Origin: Opitutales bacterium
Lineage (GTDB): Bacteria; Verrucomicrobiota; Verrucomicrobiia; Opitutales; PNEW01
Assembly (NCBI GenBank): GCA_963692525.1
Contig: OY829953.1
Location: 4,420,720-4,484,719 of the forward strand
Direction: 5' to 3'
Length of the DNA stretch: 64,000 nt
Shown: positions 45,949 through 55,782 of the stretch, in pieces
Position numbering within the stretch: position 1 is the first letter of the stretch
How the letters are laid out: the number at the start of each line of letters is the position of its first letter
Position numbers and translations under genes: made by a program
The notes under the pieces: generated by a model
Database searches by the model: none
Told to the model about the DNA's origin: nothing
Seen by the model: only the letters and a program-made list of their open reading frames with translations

Positions 45949-48528
45949 ATGAAACAATCCTGTGTTATCTTATTGTGCTTAGCTGCCTTGAATTGCATAG
46001 CAGGGCACAGTGAAAGCGCAGCGCCGACACAGGAAGCCATCAGTTGGAGTGAACTTCCCGAACTGCCTAACCGCTTAGGTCTGGGAGGGGCTTTTGCCGG
46101 GGTCAGCAATGGCGCGCTCATCGTCGCTGGTGGTTCGAATATTCCACAAGGTTCGGAAGCAGAAGTAGGAAGCAAAGTCTGGCATGCGGACATTTACGTT
46201 CTGCCCGAATCTGAGCAAGACGCATGGCTAACGGGATATAAACTGGAAAATCCTCAAGCTTACGGAGCATCCGTAAGTAGTGGTGAGCATTTGATCCTGA
46301 TTGGCGGAAATAATGCAGAGGGTTATCACAAAGAGGTTACGCAAATTACATGGGATACCACGACCCAGAAAATGAATCAAGAGTTCCTGCCGCCCCTTCC
46401 CCAGGCTCTCGCATACACCGGCGCTGCAGAAATAGATGATATTGTATATGTTGTGGGTGGTCAGGTTGACGGCGAGAGATCAAGTCTGAAGAATATTTTT
46501 TGGTCACTTGACCTGAATAATCGGGAAGCGGGATGGAAATTGCTAAAATCCTGGGAGGGCCCGGCGAGGAGAAGGGCCATCGTTGTAGGCCAGAATATTA
46601 GTAATGGCAGATATGTATACATTATTGGCGGTGAAGAAAGGATTCAGAATGAAAATGGTGAGATTCAAAGCAGGCAATTGACCGACGGCTACCGCTATTC
46701 CCTTCGTTATGAGCAATGGGAACCTATCGCCGACGCCCCCCACCCCGTAACCGGGGCCTCTGGAGTTGCCTATGGGCAATCACATATTCTTATCTTTGGA
46801 GGCAATACCTGGAAGCACAAGGATGTGAATTCAAGTAAGGATCATCCCAGCTATTCACGCGATCTTCTCGTCTATCACACGGTCACTGATACCTGGTTGG
46901 TAAAAGGTGAAATACCATTAGGGGTTGTGTCTTCTGAAGCGGTGTTATGGGAAGAAGGGATCGCCATTACCGGTGGAGAGACAGAACCAGGGATAATGAC
47001 CCCTAAGGTTCAAATAATGATTCATGATGCGGGAGCGAATGCATCGTTTGGAATCATAAATTATGCTTTTCTCCTGCTGTATATGGTGGCGCTTATCTAT
47101 ATGGGTTTTTATTTTTCCAGGCGGGAGAAAGGAACAAAAGATTATTTTCTCGCCGGTCATCGTATACCGTGGTGGGCGGCAGGGCTCAGTATTCTGGGAA
47201 CCGGACTTAGCGCCCTAACTTATATTTCCTATCCCGCATTGGCTTACACCACGGACTGGTTCCTATTTCCCGGAAGGATTGGGTTAATCTTTGCTCCAAT
47301 AATTGTTATCTATTTTTTCCTGCCGTTTTACCGAAGGCTTAATGTTACTACCGCTTACGAATACCTGGAGAAACGATTTAATCTGCCTGTTCGCTTATAC
47401 GGGAGTGTACAATTCATAATTTATCAATTAATCAGGATCAGTATTATTCTTTATCTACCGGCAGTCGTTCTCTCCACCATCGCGGGGATTAATATCTACT
47501 TATGTATTCTCTTTATGGGATTAATCAGCACCTTTTACACCGTGCTGGGTGGTATCGAAGCGGTCATATGGTCGGATGTTTTACAGGTCATTATATTTTT
47601 TATCGGTATCATTATTGCCCTCATCGTCATTCCTTTTCATATCGATAATGGTTATAAGGGGATAATCGATATCGGTTTGGCTGATGATAAATACCGCATG
47701 TTGTATCTGGAGTGGGACTTTACTGCGCCCGTCCTATGGGTGTTATTAATTAGTAGTGCTTTTGGTGCCTTTTTGGGACCATCCACCGATCAAACCACGA
47801 TCCAAAGGTATCTTACGACGAAGGACGAAAAAGCGGCCGCGAAAGGGATATGGTTAAGTGCTATAATAGGTATTCCCGTCGGTTTTTTATTTTATGGAAT
47901 GGGTACCGCCCTCTACGCCTATTATAAAACGCACCCAGCCACAGTCAGCATGGGAATGCAGAATGACGCGATTTTTCCTCTCTTCATCGCACAAAATCTT
48001 CCCTTCGGGCTTGCCGGTTTTGTCATTGCAGCCATCTTTTCCGCAGCGATGTCGAGTCTTGACAGCGGGATGAACTCGGTGGCCACGGTCATTGTCACAG
48101 ATTTTTACCGACGCTTCAAACCCAAGAAACCCGATCGTCTCTATTTGTATCTGGCTCGCTCGGTTACCTTAGTCATCGGTCTCATTGTCACCGTTATCGC
48201 CCTCTCTCTGGTTACTTTTGATATTCATAATGCCGCATTGTTTGCTACCGCTATCGCCGGATTGTTTATCAGCGGATTGGGCGGACTGTTTGCCCTGGGT
48301 ATTTTTACTCGACGTGCGAATGGTATTGGTGCCTTAGTCGGTGCGATTACCAGTGCGATAGTCCTTTATTTTGTGAAATTTGAAACACCGATACACTTTC
48401 TCCTCTACTCATCTATCGGATTCATCACCTGTTTTGTCGTTGGCTATTTATCCAGTCTATTTATACCCGAGCGAAAAAAGTCTCTCGAGGGGCTGACGAT
48501 TTATTCCATGCTCGCGAGGAAGGAATAG
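45949..48528 (+). CDS. Fusion: periplasmic kelch/NanM-like beta-propeller + sodium:solute symporter, tandem paralog
   Basis: 859 aa, colinear with 43133..45700 and roughly two-thirds identical to it. Confidence 0.8.
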   Translation: MKQSCVILLCLAALNCIAGHSESAAPTQEAISWSELPELPNRLGLGGAFAGVSNGALIVAGGSNIPQGSEAEVGSKVWHADIYVLPESEQDAWLTGYKLENPQAYGASVSSGEHLILIGGNNAEGYHKEVTQITWDTTTQKMNQEFLPPLPQALAYTGAAEIDDIVYVVGGQVDGERSSLKNIFWSLDLNNREAGWKLLKSWEGPARRRAIVVGQNISNGRYVYIIGGEERIQNENGEIQSRQLTDGYRYSLRYEQWEPIADAPHPVTGASGVAYGQSHILIFGGNTWKHKDVNSSKDHPSYSRDLLVYHTVTDTWLVKGEIPLGVVSSEAVLWEEGIAITGGETEPGIMTPKVQIMIHDAGANASFGIINYAFLLLYMVALIYMGFYFSRREKGTKDYFLAGHRIPWWAAGLSILGTGLSALTYISYPALAYTTDWFLFPGRIGLIFAPIIVIYFFLPFYRRLNVTTAYEYLEKRFNLPVRLYGSVQFIIYQLIRISIILYLPAVVLSTIAGINIYLCILFMGLISTFYTVLGGIEAVIWSDVLQVIIFFIGIIIALIVIPFHIDNGYKGIIDIGLADDKYRMLYLEWDFTAPVLWVLLISSAFGAFLGPSTDQTTIQRYLTTKDEKAAAKGIWLSAIIGIPVGFLFYGMGTALYAYYKTHPATVSMGMQNDAIFPLFIAQNLPFGLAGFVIAAIFSAAMSSLDSGMNSVATVIVTDFYRRFKPKKPDRLYLYLARSVTLVIGLIVTVIALSLVTFDIHNAALFATAIAGLFISGLGGLFALGIFTRRANGIGALVGAITSAIVLYFVKFETPIHFLLYSSIGFITCFVVGYLSSLFIPERKKSLEGLTIYSMLARKE

Positions 48529-48663
48529 AAAGCCGGAGGACCAGAGAACCAGAAGACCGAAAAGCCGTAGGACTAGTGAGAGAGGGTGGAAGATGTCGAG
48601 CTACGCTCTCGGTACGGGGTTCAGAGGATAGTGAACAGTGAACGGTAAACAGTGAACAGTGGG
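48529..48663. repeat. Left flank of cassette 2: 'ccggaggaccag' words, hairpin-type module and 'gtgaacagt' array
   Basis: Module 'gtggaagatgtcgagctacgctctcggtacggggttcagagg' at 48586-48627. Array at 48631-48663. Confidence 0.8.
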
Positions 48664-48678
48664 AAAATGATTGACGCC

Positions 48679-49113
48679 CTACAGGGTGAAATAATCGGCG
48701 TCATCTTCTTTAATAATAAATGGGAATTTCTCACAAAATGATGCGGACTTGTCTATCATGCTATTCAACATACGTCCGATTTTGGAAAGCTTTTCACATA
48801 GCTTGTTCGAATTATCATCACTTAAATACCCGCTATCTACAGCAGTCTCAATCCAATGCTGCGTTTCATATTGTTCAGCATCTGCATCTGTAAGTTTACT
48901 CACAAAATGTTTCTCGTAACGTCGTTTCCCCCATGCTTCCGCTATTTGGGCCCCAATCGATCTTGACGATCTCCGCACCTGGTCAGTAAGTGAATAGATT
49001 TCTTCCATTGGGAATTGTTTTGAGATAATGAAGATTTCCTCAGCAACATTCCTTGCTTTCTGATAAACGATCAGATCCCTGAAATTTACAGCGTGCGGGT
49101 TTCTCTGCATCAT
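48679..49113 (-). CDS. Four-helix-bundle protein (23S rRNA intervening-sequence protein / Avd-like family)
   Basis: 144 aa. A 57-aa central block is identical to 21370..21801. Confidence 0.85.
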   Translation of the reverse strand: MMQRNPHAVNFRDLIVYQKARNVAEEIFIISKQFPMEEIYSLTDQVRRSSRSIGAQIAEAWGKRRYEKHFVSKLTDADAEQYETQHWIETAVDSGYLSDDNSNKLCEKLSKIGRMLNSMIDKSASFCEKFPFIIKEDDADYFTL

Positions 49114-49123
49114 CAGCTTCCCT

Positions 49124-49249
49124 CTTACTGTTCACTGTTTACTGTTCACATCTAACTATCGGCATTTTTCCTGAACCCTGTACCGAGGGCGTAGTCCGAC
49201 ATCTTCCACTCTGAACCCTTTCTCACTGTTCACTGTTTACTGTTCACAG
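49124..49249. repeat. Right flank of cassette 2: 'actgttcac' array, inverted hairpin-type module, second 'actgttcac' array
   Basis: 49127-49149 is complementary to 48631-48663 with 1 mismatch in 23. 49170-49210 is the inverted copy of 48586-48627 (about 37 of 41). A second array lies at 49222-49249. Confidence 0.8.
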
Positions 49250-49257
49250 ATTACTGA

Positions 49258-50274
49258 TCAACTCGTCCAGACTTCACGGAAGAGTCGCAGCCAGTTTCCG
49301 CCCAGGATAAGGGTGATGTCGGCTGGCTTGTAGCCCCGAGCGAGGAGTGAATCGGCGAGGGCGGGCATCTTATCCGGTGTTTCCAGTCCTTTGGGCGCAT
49401 GTGCTAATTCCGCATAACCTTTGGGTCCGTCGAAAAAAGTGGAAGGGAGTTTTGTCCCCTGCTGCGCACCGATGTAATTCCAGAATTCCTGTGGCTGATC
49501 CTGAGTAAAGTCCGTTCCGAACCCCACGTGTTCAACACCGATTCGTTGAACGAGGTCGTCAATCGCGTCTACGAAATTCTCGATCGTGGATTCGCGGCCA
49601 GCGGGCAGAAACATGTTGAATGCCGTCGCGCCACACACGCCCCCTCGATCCGCCAATAATTTCAGTGCTTCATCCGTTTTATTTCTCGGGTGCATGTGAA
49701 AGCTCTGCGCATTGGCGTGCGTGCAGGCGACCGGTTTGCTCGACATCTCAATCGCATCGATCGTTGTCCGTTCACCACAGTGGGAGAGATCAATCAATAT
49801 ACCCAATCGGTTCATCTCATGCACTGCGTCGATACCAAAGTTGCTGAGGCCGGCATCACCGCGTTCCAAACAACCATTGCCGATAAAATTTCGCTCGTGA
49901 AAAGTGAGTTGCATGATGAGCACACCGAGGGAGCGAAACAGTTCGATGCGCCGCAAATCGTTTTCAATCGGAGTCGCGTTCTGCCATCCCAGAATAACAC
50001 CGACTTTACCGTCCTGCTTTGCTTTCAGGATGTCATCTACGCTGTTGACTTGAATGATTTGTGCACTTCGCTCCCTGAAAATATCCTGCCAGTCAGCGAT
50101 AGTGCCCAAAGTCTGTTGAAAATTTTCCCACGTCACGAGGGTCGCATTTATCGCAGTGGTACCGCTTGCGGCCAGACTCTCATAGACGGCGGGACTCTTC
50201 CAATTACTCACATTAAGCGCATCGATTACAATCGCTTCATCGTAGATTTCTTTCGCAGTATTTTCTTTTGGCAT
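49258..50274 (-). CDS. Membrane dipeptidase (peptidase family M19)
   Basis: 338 aa with VIDALN.. and DLSHCGERTTIDAIEMSSKPVACTHANA blocks. Confidence 0.85.
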   Translation of the reverse strand: MPKENTAKEIYDEAIVIDALNVSNWKSPAVYESLAASGTTAINATLVTWENFQQTLGTIADWQDIFRERSAQIIQVNSVDDILKAKQDGKVGVILGWQNATPIENDLRRIELFRSLGVLIMQLTFHERNFIGNGCLERGDAGLSNFGIDAVHEMNRLGILIDLSHCGERTTIDAIEMSSKPVACTHANAQSFHMHPRNKTDEALKLLADRGGVCGATAFNMFLPAGRESTIENFVDAIDDLVQRIGVEHVGFGTDFTQDQPQEFWNYIGAQQGTKLPSTFFDGPKGYAELAHAPKGLETPDKMPALADSLLARGYKPADITLILGGNWLRLFREVWTS

Positions 50275-50285
50275 TGTCAGTTTCT

Positions 50286-50602
50286 GATTTACGATTGTCG
50301 TTTGATTCTATTTGTCATCGCGAGGCTGCTTGTCAGCCGTGGCGATCCAGGGGAATATCGGACGCATATTGTTAGCCCCCTGGATTGCCGCAGTCGGCTT
50401 CGCCTCCTTCGCAATGACAAGAGAGAATGCAGGATACATGTTGTAAGATTCAAGATTATCCCTAGCGGTTGCCACTTTTTTTTATGACCACATACTCGCA
50501 TTTCCGCATTCACGCTTGTCCGCTTTTTCGCATTTCCCTTTTTGACATTTTGACCTTTCTTGCCGGCCATAGCCTTGGCGACGGCTGGTGACTTTTTGAC
50601 CC
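50286..50602. repeat. Composite: word arrays + 111-bp 'gtcatcgcgag / caatccagg' hairpin element + TTTTGAC arrays
   Basis: The element at 50311-50421 is the uninterrupted version of 11405-11538. 'ggccatagccttggcgacggctgg' at 50565-50588. TTTTGAC words at 50538-50556 and 50590-50602. Confidence 0.8.
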
Positions 50603-50603
50603 G

Positions 50604-51404
50604 CTACGCACAGCGACAGGTGAGTCCGCCATCGACGACGAGTTGGGTGCCGGTAACATATCTTGCTTCGTCAGAGGCGAGAAAGAGAGCGGCATAAGCG
50701 ACATCCCAGGCATCACCCATTTTTCCCGTGGGGCAAAGATTATCTCTGATTTCGACCATTTTATCCAAATCACCCCCTGCATAGTACTCACCCAGGGCTT
50801 TAGCTACTAAGGGTGTGTTCATTAAACCGGGAAGGATAGAGTTAGCCCGGATATTTTTCTTCGCGTACTGTATGGCGATACTCTGGGTAAGTTGATTGAT
50901 CGCTCCTTTACTTGCATTGTATGCAACAGAAGCTATTCCGTACCACCGAATTGAGGCGATGGATGATAAGTTTACGATGGCCCCTCCTCCCTGTTTTTCC
51001 ATCAGGGGTAATACGTGTTTACAGGTCAAAAACATACTCTTAACGTTTACATCCATTACGCGATCCCAGCTTTCCTCGCTTGCTTCGACACAACCTCCAA
51101 TTTCATTTATCCCCACATTATTATGCAGGATGTCTATTCTGTCATAAGTCTCAAGGCAGCGCGCGACCATGTCCTCAACCTTATTTGCTTGAGAAACATC
51201 GGCTTTGTGAACAATGCATTCCCCTCCCTCATCTTCGATAAGGCTTTTCGTTTCCTCGGCCGCAGCGAGGTTGATATCAACGGCGAAAACTTTTGCTCCT
51301 TCGCGAGCAAAAAGAACCGCAGTTGCTTTACCATTCCCCCAACCGGGCCCACCGGATCCCGCACCCGTAACGAGGGCTACTTTGTCTTTCAATCGATCAC
51401 TCAT
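50604..51404 (-). CDS. Short-chain dehydrogenase/reductase (SDR)
   Basis: VTGAGSGGPGWGNGKA, NNVG and YNASKGA motifs. Confidence 0.9.
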   Translation of the reverse strand: MSDRLKDKVALVTGAGSGGPGWGNGKATAVLFAREGAKVFAVDINLAAAEETKSLIEDEGGECIVHKADVSQANKVEDMVARCLETYDRIDILHNNVGINEIGGCVEASEESWDRVMDVNVKSMFLTCKHVLPLMEKQGGGAIVNLSSIASIRWYGIASVAYNASKGAINQLTQSIAIQYAKKNIRANSILPGLMNTPLVAKALGEYYAGGDLDKMVEIRDNLCPTGKMGDAWDVAYAALFLASDEARYVTGTQLVVDGGLTCRCA

Positions 51405-51433
51405 AGTTTACTCCCTTTAATTAAATTTTACGA

Positions 51434-52288
51434 TCACCTTTGCCGACGACGGATAATAGCCGCGGCATTATTATAATAAATGTCCTGAATCTCTTTTTTG
51501 GAAAATCCACGGTATTCTGTTCGCAGCATTTCCACCGTCTGCTTCATGGTGTTAAATGGCAGGACTGGGGCGGCGTCCGAGGCGAACAACAAACGCTTGG
51601 GCGTAAAATGATCACGCAAAAAATCCACCGCGGGAAACATATCGTCCTGAGGGTACTTCCACCCTTTCGCAGATAAAGCATAAAAGCCGGATAATTTAAC
51701 AAACACATTGGGGTAATTTTTCAGTTCCTTCATGACTAGAAAAGCTTTGTTCAATTTTCCGTTTTTAACGACTGGGAAGACCATGTGAGCGAGCAACAAG
51801 ATACAATTTGGGTAACGATCCAGCGCTTTCAGCAGGAAGGGCAAATTTGTGTGATTCATGTTTATACTAACCGGCACCTCTTGCTCCTCCACCAGGGCCC
51901 AGAAGTCATTCATTTTACGCTCGGCCATCCAACGGGGGCTTTTGGTGAGCCAAACGGCGTCCCTGGAATCCGGGTATAACGTCAAGCCGAAAAATTTCTT
52001 CTTTAAAAGCCGCTCCGCATCCCTCGCCATCGTGGATGGGTTGGACTTCAGATATCCAAAGGGAAGGATCCACTTGCGACGTTTGGAAAGATTTAAGACG
52101 TATTCGTTATTCCTGGAGTTCGGGCGATATTCGTAGCATATGACGAATGCATGAGAAATATCGTGAGTGCGGCGAAAATTTTCATACTGGGTCACCTCAC
52201 CTTCCGGACCGTTCTTGATATGGTCGGCATTGAAAGCCAAGGCAAAAGGACGATCGAATAAATGAATGTGGGTATCAATAATGGGCAT
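51434..52288 (-). CDS. Amidohydrolase-2 family TIM-barrel hydrolase
   Basis: MPIIDTHIHLFD N-terminus; 284 aa. Confidence 0.8.
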   Translation of the reverse strand: MPIIDTHIHLFDRPFALAFNADHIKNGPEGEVTQYENFRRTHDISHAFVICYEYRPNSRNNEYVLNLSKRRKWILPFGYLKSNPSTMARDAERLLKKKFFGLTLYPDSRDAVWLTKSPRWMAERKMNDFWALVEEQEVPVSINMNHTNLPFLLKALDRYPNCILLLAHMVFPVVKNGKLNKAFLVMKELKNYPNVFVKLSGFYALSAKGWKYPQDDMFPAVDFLRDHFTPKRLLFASDAAPVLPFNTMKQTVEMLRTEYRGFSKKEIQDIYYNNAAAIIRRRQR

Positions 52289-52305
52289 AGATTACTTTTT
52301 TTAAG

Positions 52306-52676
52306 AGTCAAAAAGGGAGATGCGATTATGAGTGTAAGCGAAAATGCGGTAATGCGGTAATTTGGAAAGAATAAACCGCGAATAGACACCGATATATATA
52401 AGAATAAGATTTAGGAAATTAGAACTCAGGAATTCAGGAAATGAGTGGAGAATATTATAGAGTAGAATATGATTGAACAGCAGAGACGCTGAGATCGAAG
52501 AGAATACAACAAGGGTTATTTTATATGAAACACGATACTATTAATTTTTTAAATAATTATTTTACTCTCTAATTATTTGTGCTCATTGGTGTTCATTCGT
52601 GGTTTTTTACTTGTATTCCTGAGTTCTTAAGTTCCAAATTTTCACTCATTTGTTTTTTGTGCCTTTTGTGGCTATA
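52306..52676. repeat. Composite element (copy a of the 'ggaaagaataaaccgcgg' family) plus paired word arrays
   Basis: 52364-52520 is homologous to 56724-56890. 'agaactcaggaattcaggaaa' (52421-52441) faces 'attcctgagttcttaagttcc' (52615-52635). 'actctctaattatttgtgctcattggtgttcattcgtggt' matches 23799-23870. Confidence 0.75.
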
Positions 52677-52740
52677 TCTTCTATACACCGCGAACTCCGT
52701 GTCTTCATGTAGAAATCTTTGTCGTTCTTTTCTTTTGACT

Positions 52741-55536
52741 CTACTCAAAACGGACTTCCTTAAGCTTGGGAGAACCGCATCCGTAAAGGGAAATGAAAGT
52801 CGCTTTGTACTGCAACCATCGGGACCTACTCGGGATGTTTGCTATGGATTCACCGGAAGTTTCATAATATGACTCCTCACCCTCGGGACCCATCCATGTG
52901 GCATCATCCAGTCCCGCTTGTGTTTCACTTTCTCTTAACTGGAATTTAATTCTCAAAAGATCGGTTTCTTCACTTATCCATTTAATGGCATTCACCTTTT
53001 CTTTGCCCAGTTCATATGGTGGTGAAATATAATTTTCTTCAGGTTTCCGCGTAAAAGCATTGCCGTGATCACGCTTGTACATCCCATGTGGTCCCAAACC
53101 AGGAATGCCAGTTCTCCTCGTAATGGAAAATCCATCCGGGCTATTCCAGTATATTAAAGAATCTAACTTGTGCGTGATATCATTTCGGTGATTACCCAAG
53201 ACAATATCCGCCCAGCCATCGCGGTTTAAATCGAGCTGCATGATGGCATTGGCTCCGTAAGTATGAAGCCGATCTGGATTTTCAAAATCCAGTTTCGTCC
53301 CATCACCATGAAAAATCAGGGTGGGATATGACCGATGGACGGCATTGACACTGTCGCTGTAATAAACGGTGGCCGCGATATCCAGGTTCCCATCCTTATT
53401 AAAATCAGCAACGCCAATCGCCTTTGTCGTATACCCGGCTTCGAGTTGCTGTGTATTTTCTGGAAGGTAACCCTGGGGACTGCCATAAAAGACTTCCATC
53501 GTATCGCGAAAACGCATTCGTGTCGGGAATTTTGAAACCACAATATCCAACCAGCCGTCTTTATTCAGATCTGCCAGGTAAGGCATGGCCGAATCATAGA
53601 TCGTATCGCAGGGAACTTTCCAAATATGATCTTCAGAGTATCCGTCATCACCTCCGAGGAAAATTAATAGATAATTCCATTTATCATGAAAAAGGATATC
53701 GAGATGACCGTCATTGTTTACATCTCCAAGGGTGGAGTAATTTCCATAATTATCCAGCCGTTTAATATTATTTTCTGAAAAACCGTCCTTCGAACCATAA
53801 AAAATAGTCGATGGTTTATGATCTTTCTTCATAATCATTTCACCCCTTTCAACGGCCAGTAGATCGAGATACCCGTCACGATTGAAATCAGCTACATCGA
53901 GATCAAAGTTGGGCGGATTGGCGGTGGGCAGAATTGAGAATTGACCCGGTATCGGTCCCTCCGGCGTTCCCTCGTAGATCTGAACACCCTTTTTCGCGGT
54001 AAAAATCGTCTCCGGATATCCATCGAGATTCAAATCACTGACAATCGCGACAACCCCGTGATCGGTCTGGAGCTCAAGACGATTTTCCGGTCCGTACTTT
54101 GCCTCTTTATTACCATAATAGATATAAGAGGGCGTTGATGCCACCGGTCCACTCATGTGATTATGGAAAATTACTTCACTTTGACCATCGCCATTCAGAT
54201 CCCCGACCGTATTGCCTATCGCCCCTTCAGTGGAAATCCAACTGACGTTCTTTTCAGAGAAACCTGAGTGACTATTCCAGAATATGGGTGATTCAGATTC
54301 ATACATCACTTCACCGTGGAACTTGCTGACAACGAGTTCCGGTAGCTTATCACCATTGAGGTCAGAGACTGTAATCCATCTTGCATTTTCTACAGCGAGA
54401 GTGGTTTTCACGGTAAGCAAATCGTCAACCGAGTGTATCTCTACACCATTATCGGTGGCCATAATCATATCCTTTACCTTATCACCATCAACATCAGCAA
54501 AAGTGATGTGTAATTGGCTTTTTGATCTACCCTCTTCTCCAGCTTTCCTCATTACTTCTATGATTAAGGGTTCGTCTGAATTGAACTTTCCATTTTCGTT
54601 CCAATAGATACACGCGTGCCCCCGACAGCTGAAGATGATATCTTTATCACCATCTCCATTGAGGTCTTCCAGGACAACCTGTCGCACCCCACTGGTGGGT
54701 AAATAATGGGGTGTCTTTGTATCGAATCCTTCCGCTGTACCCCAGTAAAGGACCGAATCTATACTTGTATCATATTCGCGTCTTAAATTGGCCAAAACGA
54801 GATCGCCATAGCCGTCATCATTCAAGTCAGCGATATCAACCGAGGTTGCCGCCATCCCCCACAAGTCATAGTACTCAGTGGCGAATTCAAATTGACGATC
54901 TTCCTGTTGAAGATAAACCTGAGCCAACAATGGCATACCGGGGTTGTGCGGGTCTTTCCACGCGGAGGGATAGACAACATCTAACCGCCCATCACGGTTG
55001 ATATCGTAAACCGCGAAATCATAAGCGCCAATCGTTGGCAGGTCAGAGCGGTTGACCCCCAGTCCGTTCGGTCCACCCCAGTAAATGTATGATGGCACTT
55101 CACAAGTAACTTCATTATAGGAATTGGCGGTAACGAGATCCATGTATCCATCTTCATCCAGATCGATAATCCGGCTCATCCATAAACAGTAACTGCCGAC
55201 AAACATTTGCTCACGTTTCCACTGATCCGAGGGTCCCTCATCGACGGTAAATACATGGGTGGGGCCCCACTCTGTTTTTCCATGCGCATTTGCCAGGATG
55301 ATATCCGCATAGCCATCGTTGTTGACATCGAAATTATTGATCATCTCGATGATCCCGTTCGCATTCACGTAAAGGTTGGCTCCCCCATTTTCAAACCAGC
55401 CCTGGGAAAAATCTTCAAAACCTCCATGCACCCATGCCTTTTTGGCGATCAAAGAGAGTGGGAAGACAAAAACGAAGAGTGTTAATAGAAATATATGCGA
55501 TAGGTAACAAGTTTTTATTTCCATTTTATAACCCAT
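52741..55536 (-). CDS. FG-GAP/VCBS-repeat protein (about 14 repeats, consistent with two 7-bladed propellers)
   Basis: 931 aa with a signal-like N-terminus and 14 Ca-binding-type motifs of the form D(V/L/F/I)N.DG..D(I/L/V). Confidence 0.8.
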   Translation of the reverse strand: MGYKMEIKTCYLSHIFLLTLFVFVFPLSLIAKKAWVHGGFEDFSQGWFENGGANLYVNANGIIEMINNFDVNNDGYADIILANAHGKTEWGPTHVFTVDEGPSDQWKREQMFVGSYCLWMSRIIDLDEDGYMDLVTANSYNEVTCEVPSYIYWGGPNGLGVNRSDLPTIGAYDFAVYDINRDGRLDVVYPSAWKDPHNPGMPLLAQVYLQQEDRQFEFATEYYDLWGMAATSVDIADLNDDGYGDLVLANLRREYDTSIDSVLYWGTAEGFDTKTPHYLPTSGVRQVVLEDLNGDGDKDIIFSCRGHACIYWNENGKFNSDEPLIIEVMRKAGEEGRSKSQLHITFADVDGDKVKDMIMATDNGVEIHSVDDLLTVKTTLAVENARWITVSDLNGDKLPELVVSKFHGEVMYESESPIFWNSHSGFSEKNVSWISTEGAIGNTVGDLNGDGQSEVIFHNHMSGPVASTPSYIYYGNKEAKYGPENRLELQTDHGVVAIVSDLNLDGYPETIFTAKKGVQIYEGTPEGPIPGQFSILPTANPPNFDLDVADFNRDGYLDLLAVERGEMIMKKDHKPSTIFYGSKDGFSENNIKRLDNYGNYSTLGDVNNDGHLDILFHDKWNYLLIFLGGDDGYSEDHIWKVPCDTIYDSAMPYLADLNKDGWLDIVVSKFPTRMRFRDTMEVFYGSPQGYLPENTQQLEAGYTTKAIGVADFNKDGNLDIAATVYYSDSVNAVHRSYPTLIFHGDGTKLDFENPDRLHTYGANAIMQLDLNRDGWADIVLGNHRNDITHKLDSLIYWNSPDGFSITRRTGIPGLGPHGMYKRDHGNAFTRKPEENYISPPYELGKEKVNAIKWISEETDLLRIKFQLRESETQAGLDDATWMGPEGEESYYETSGESIANIPSRSRWLQYKATFISLYGCGSPKLKEVRFE

Positions 55537-55587
55537 GATTGATGCGTATGATAGCTATACATTCATATGAAGAATAGTCACAAGAAA

Positions 55588-55680
55588 CACTTCCGAGTCC
55601 CGCAGCTGCGGGACGACTTCTTCCAAAGACGCATAAAGATTAAGGGGAAAGGATTGCCAATTAAATTTCAATGACAATAT
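55588..55680. repeat. Hairpin module plus a degenerate 'ggattgcc..caatgacaat' arm
   Basis: 'cacttccgagtcccgcagctgcgggacgacttcttccaaag' at 55588-55628 (stem gtcccgc/gcgggac). Confidence 0.6.
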
Positions 55681-55782
55681 AGAGTTAAAGAGGGATGAAC
55701 TTTACAAATCAAATAAATAAGATATTCTCCACGATCAAGGAAATGATCGTCTTGAATATAAAACTCTAAGAATCGTACTAAA

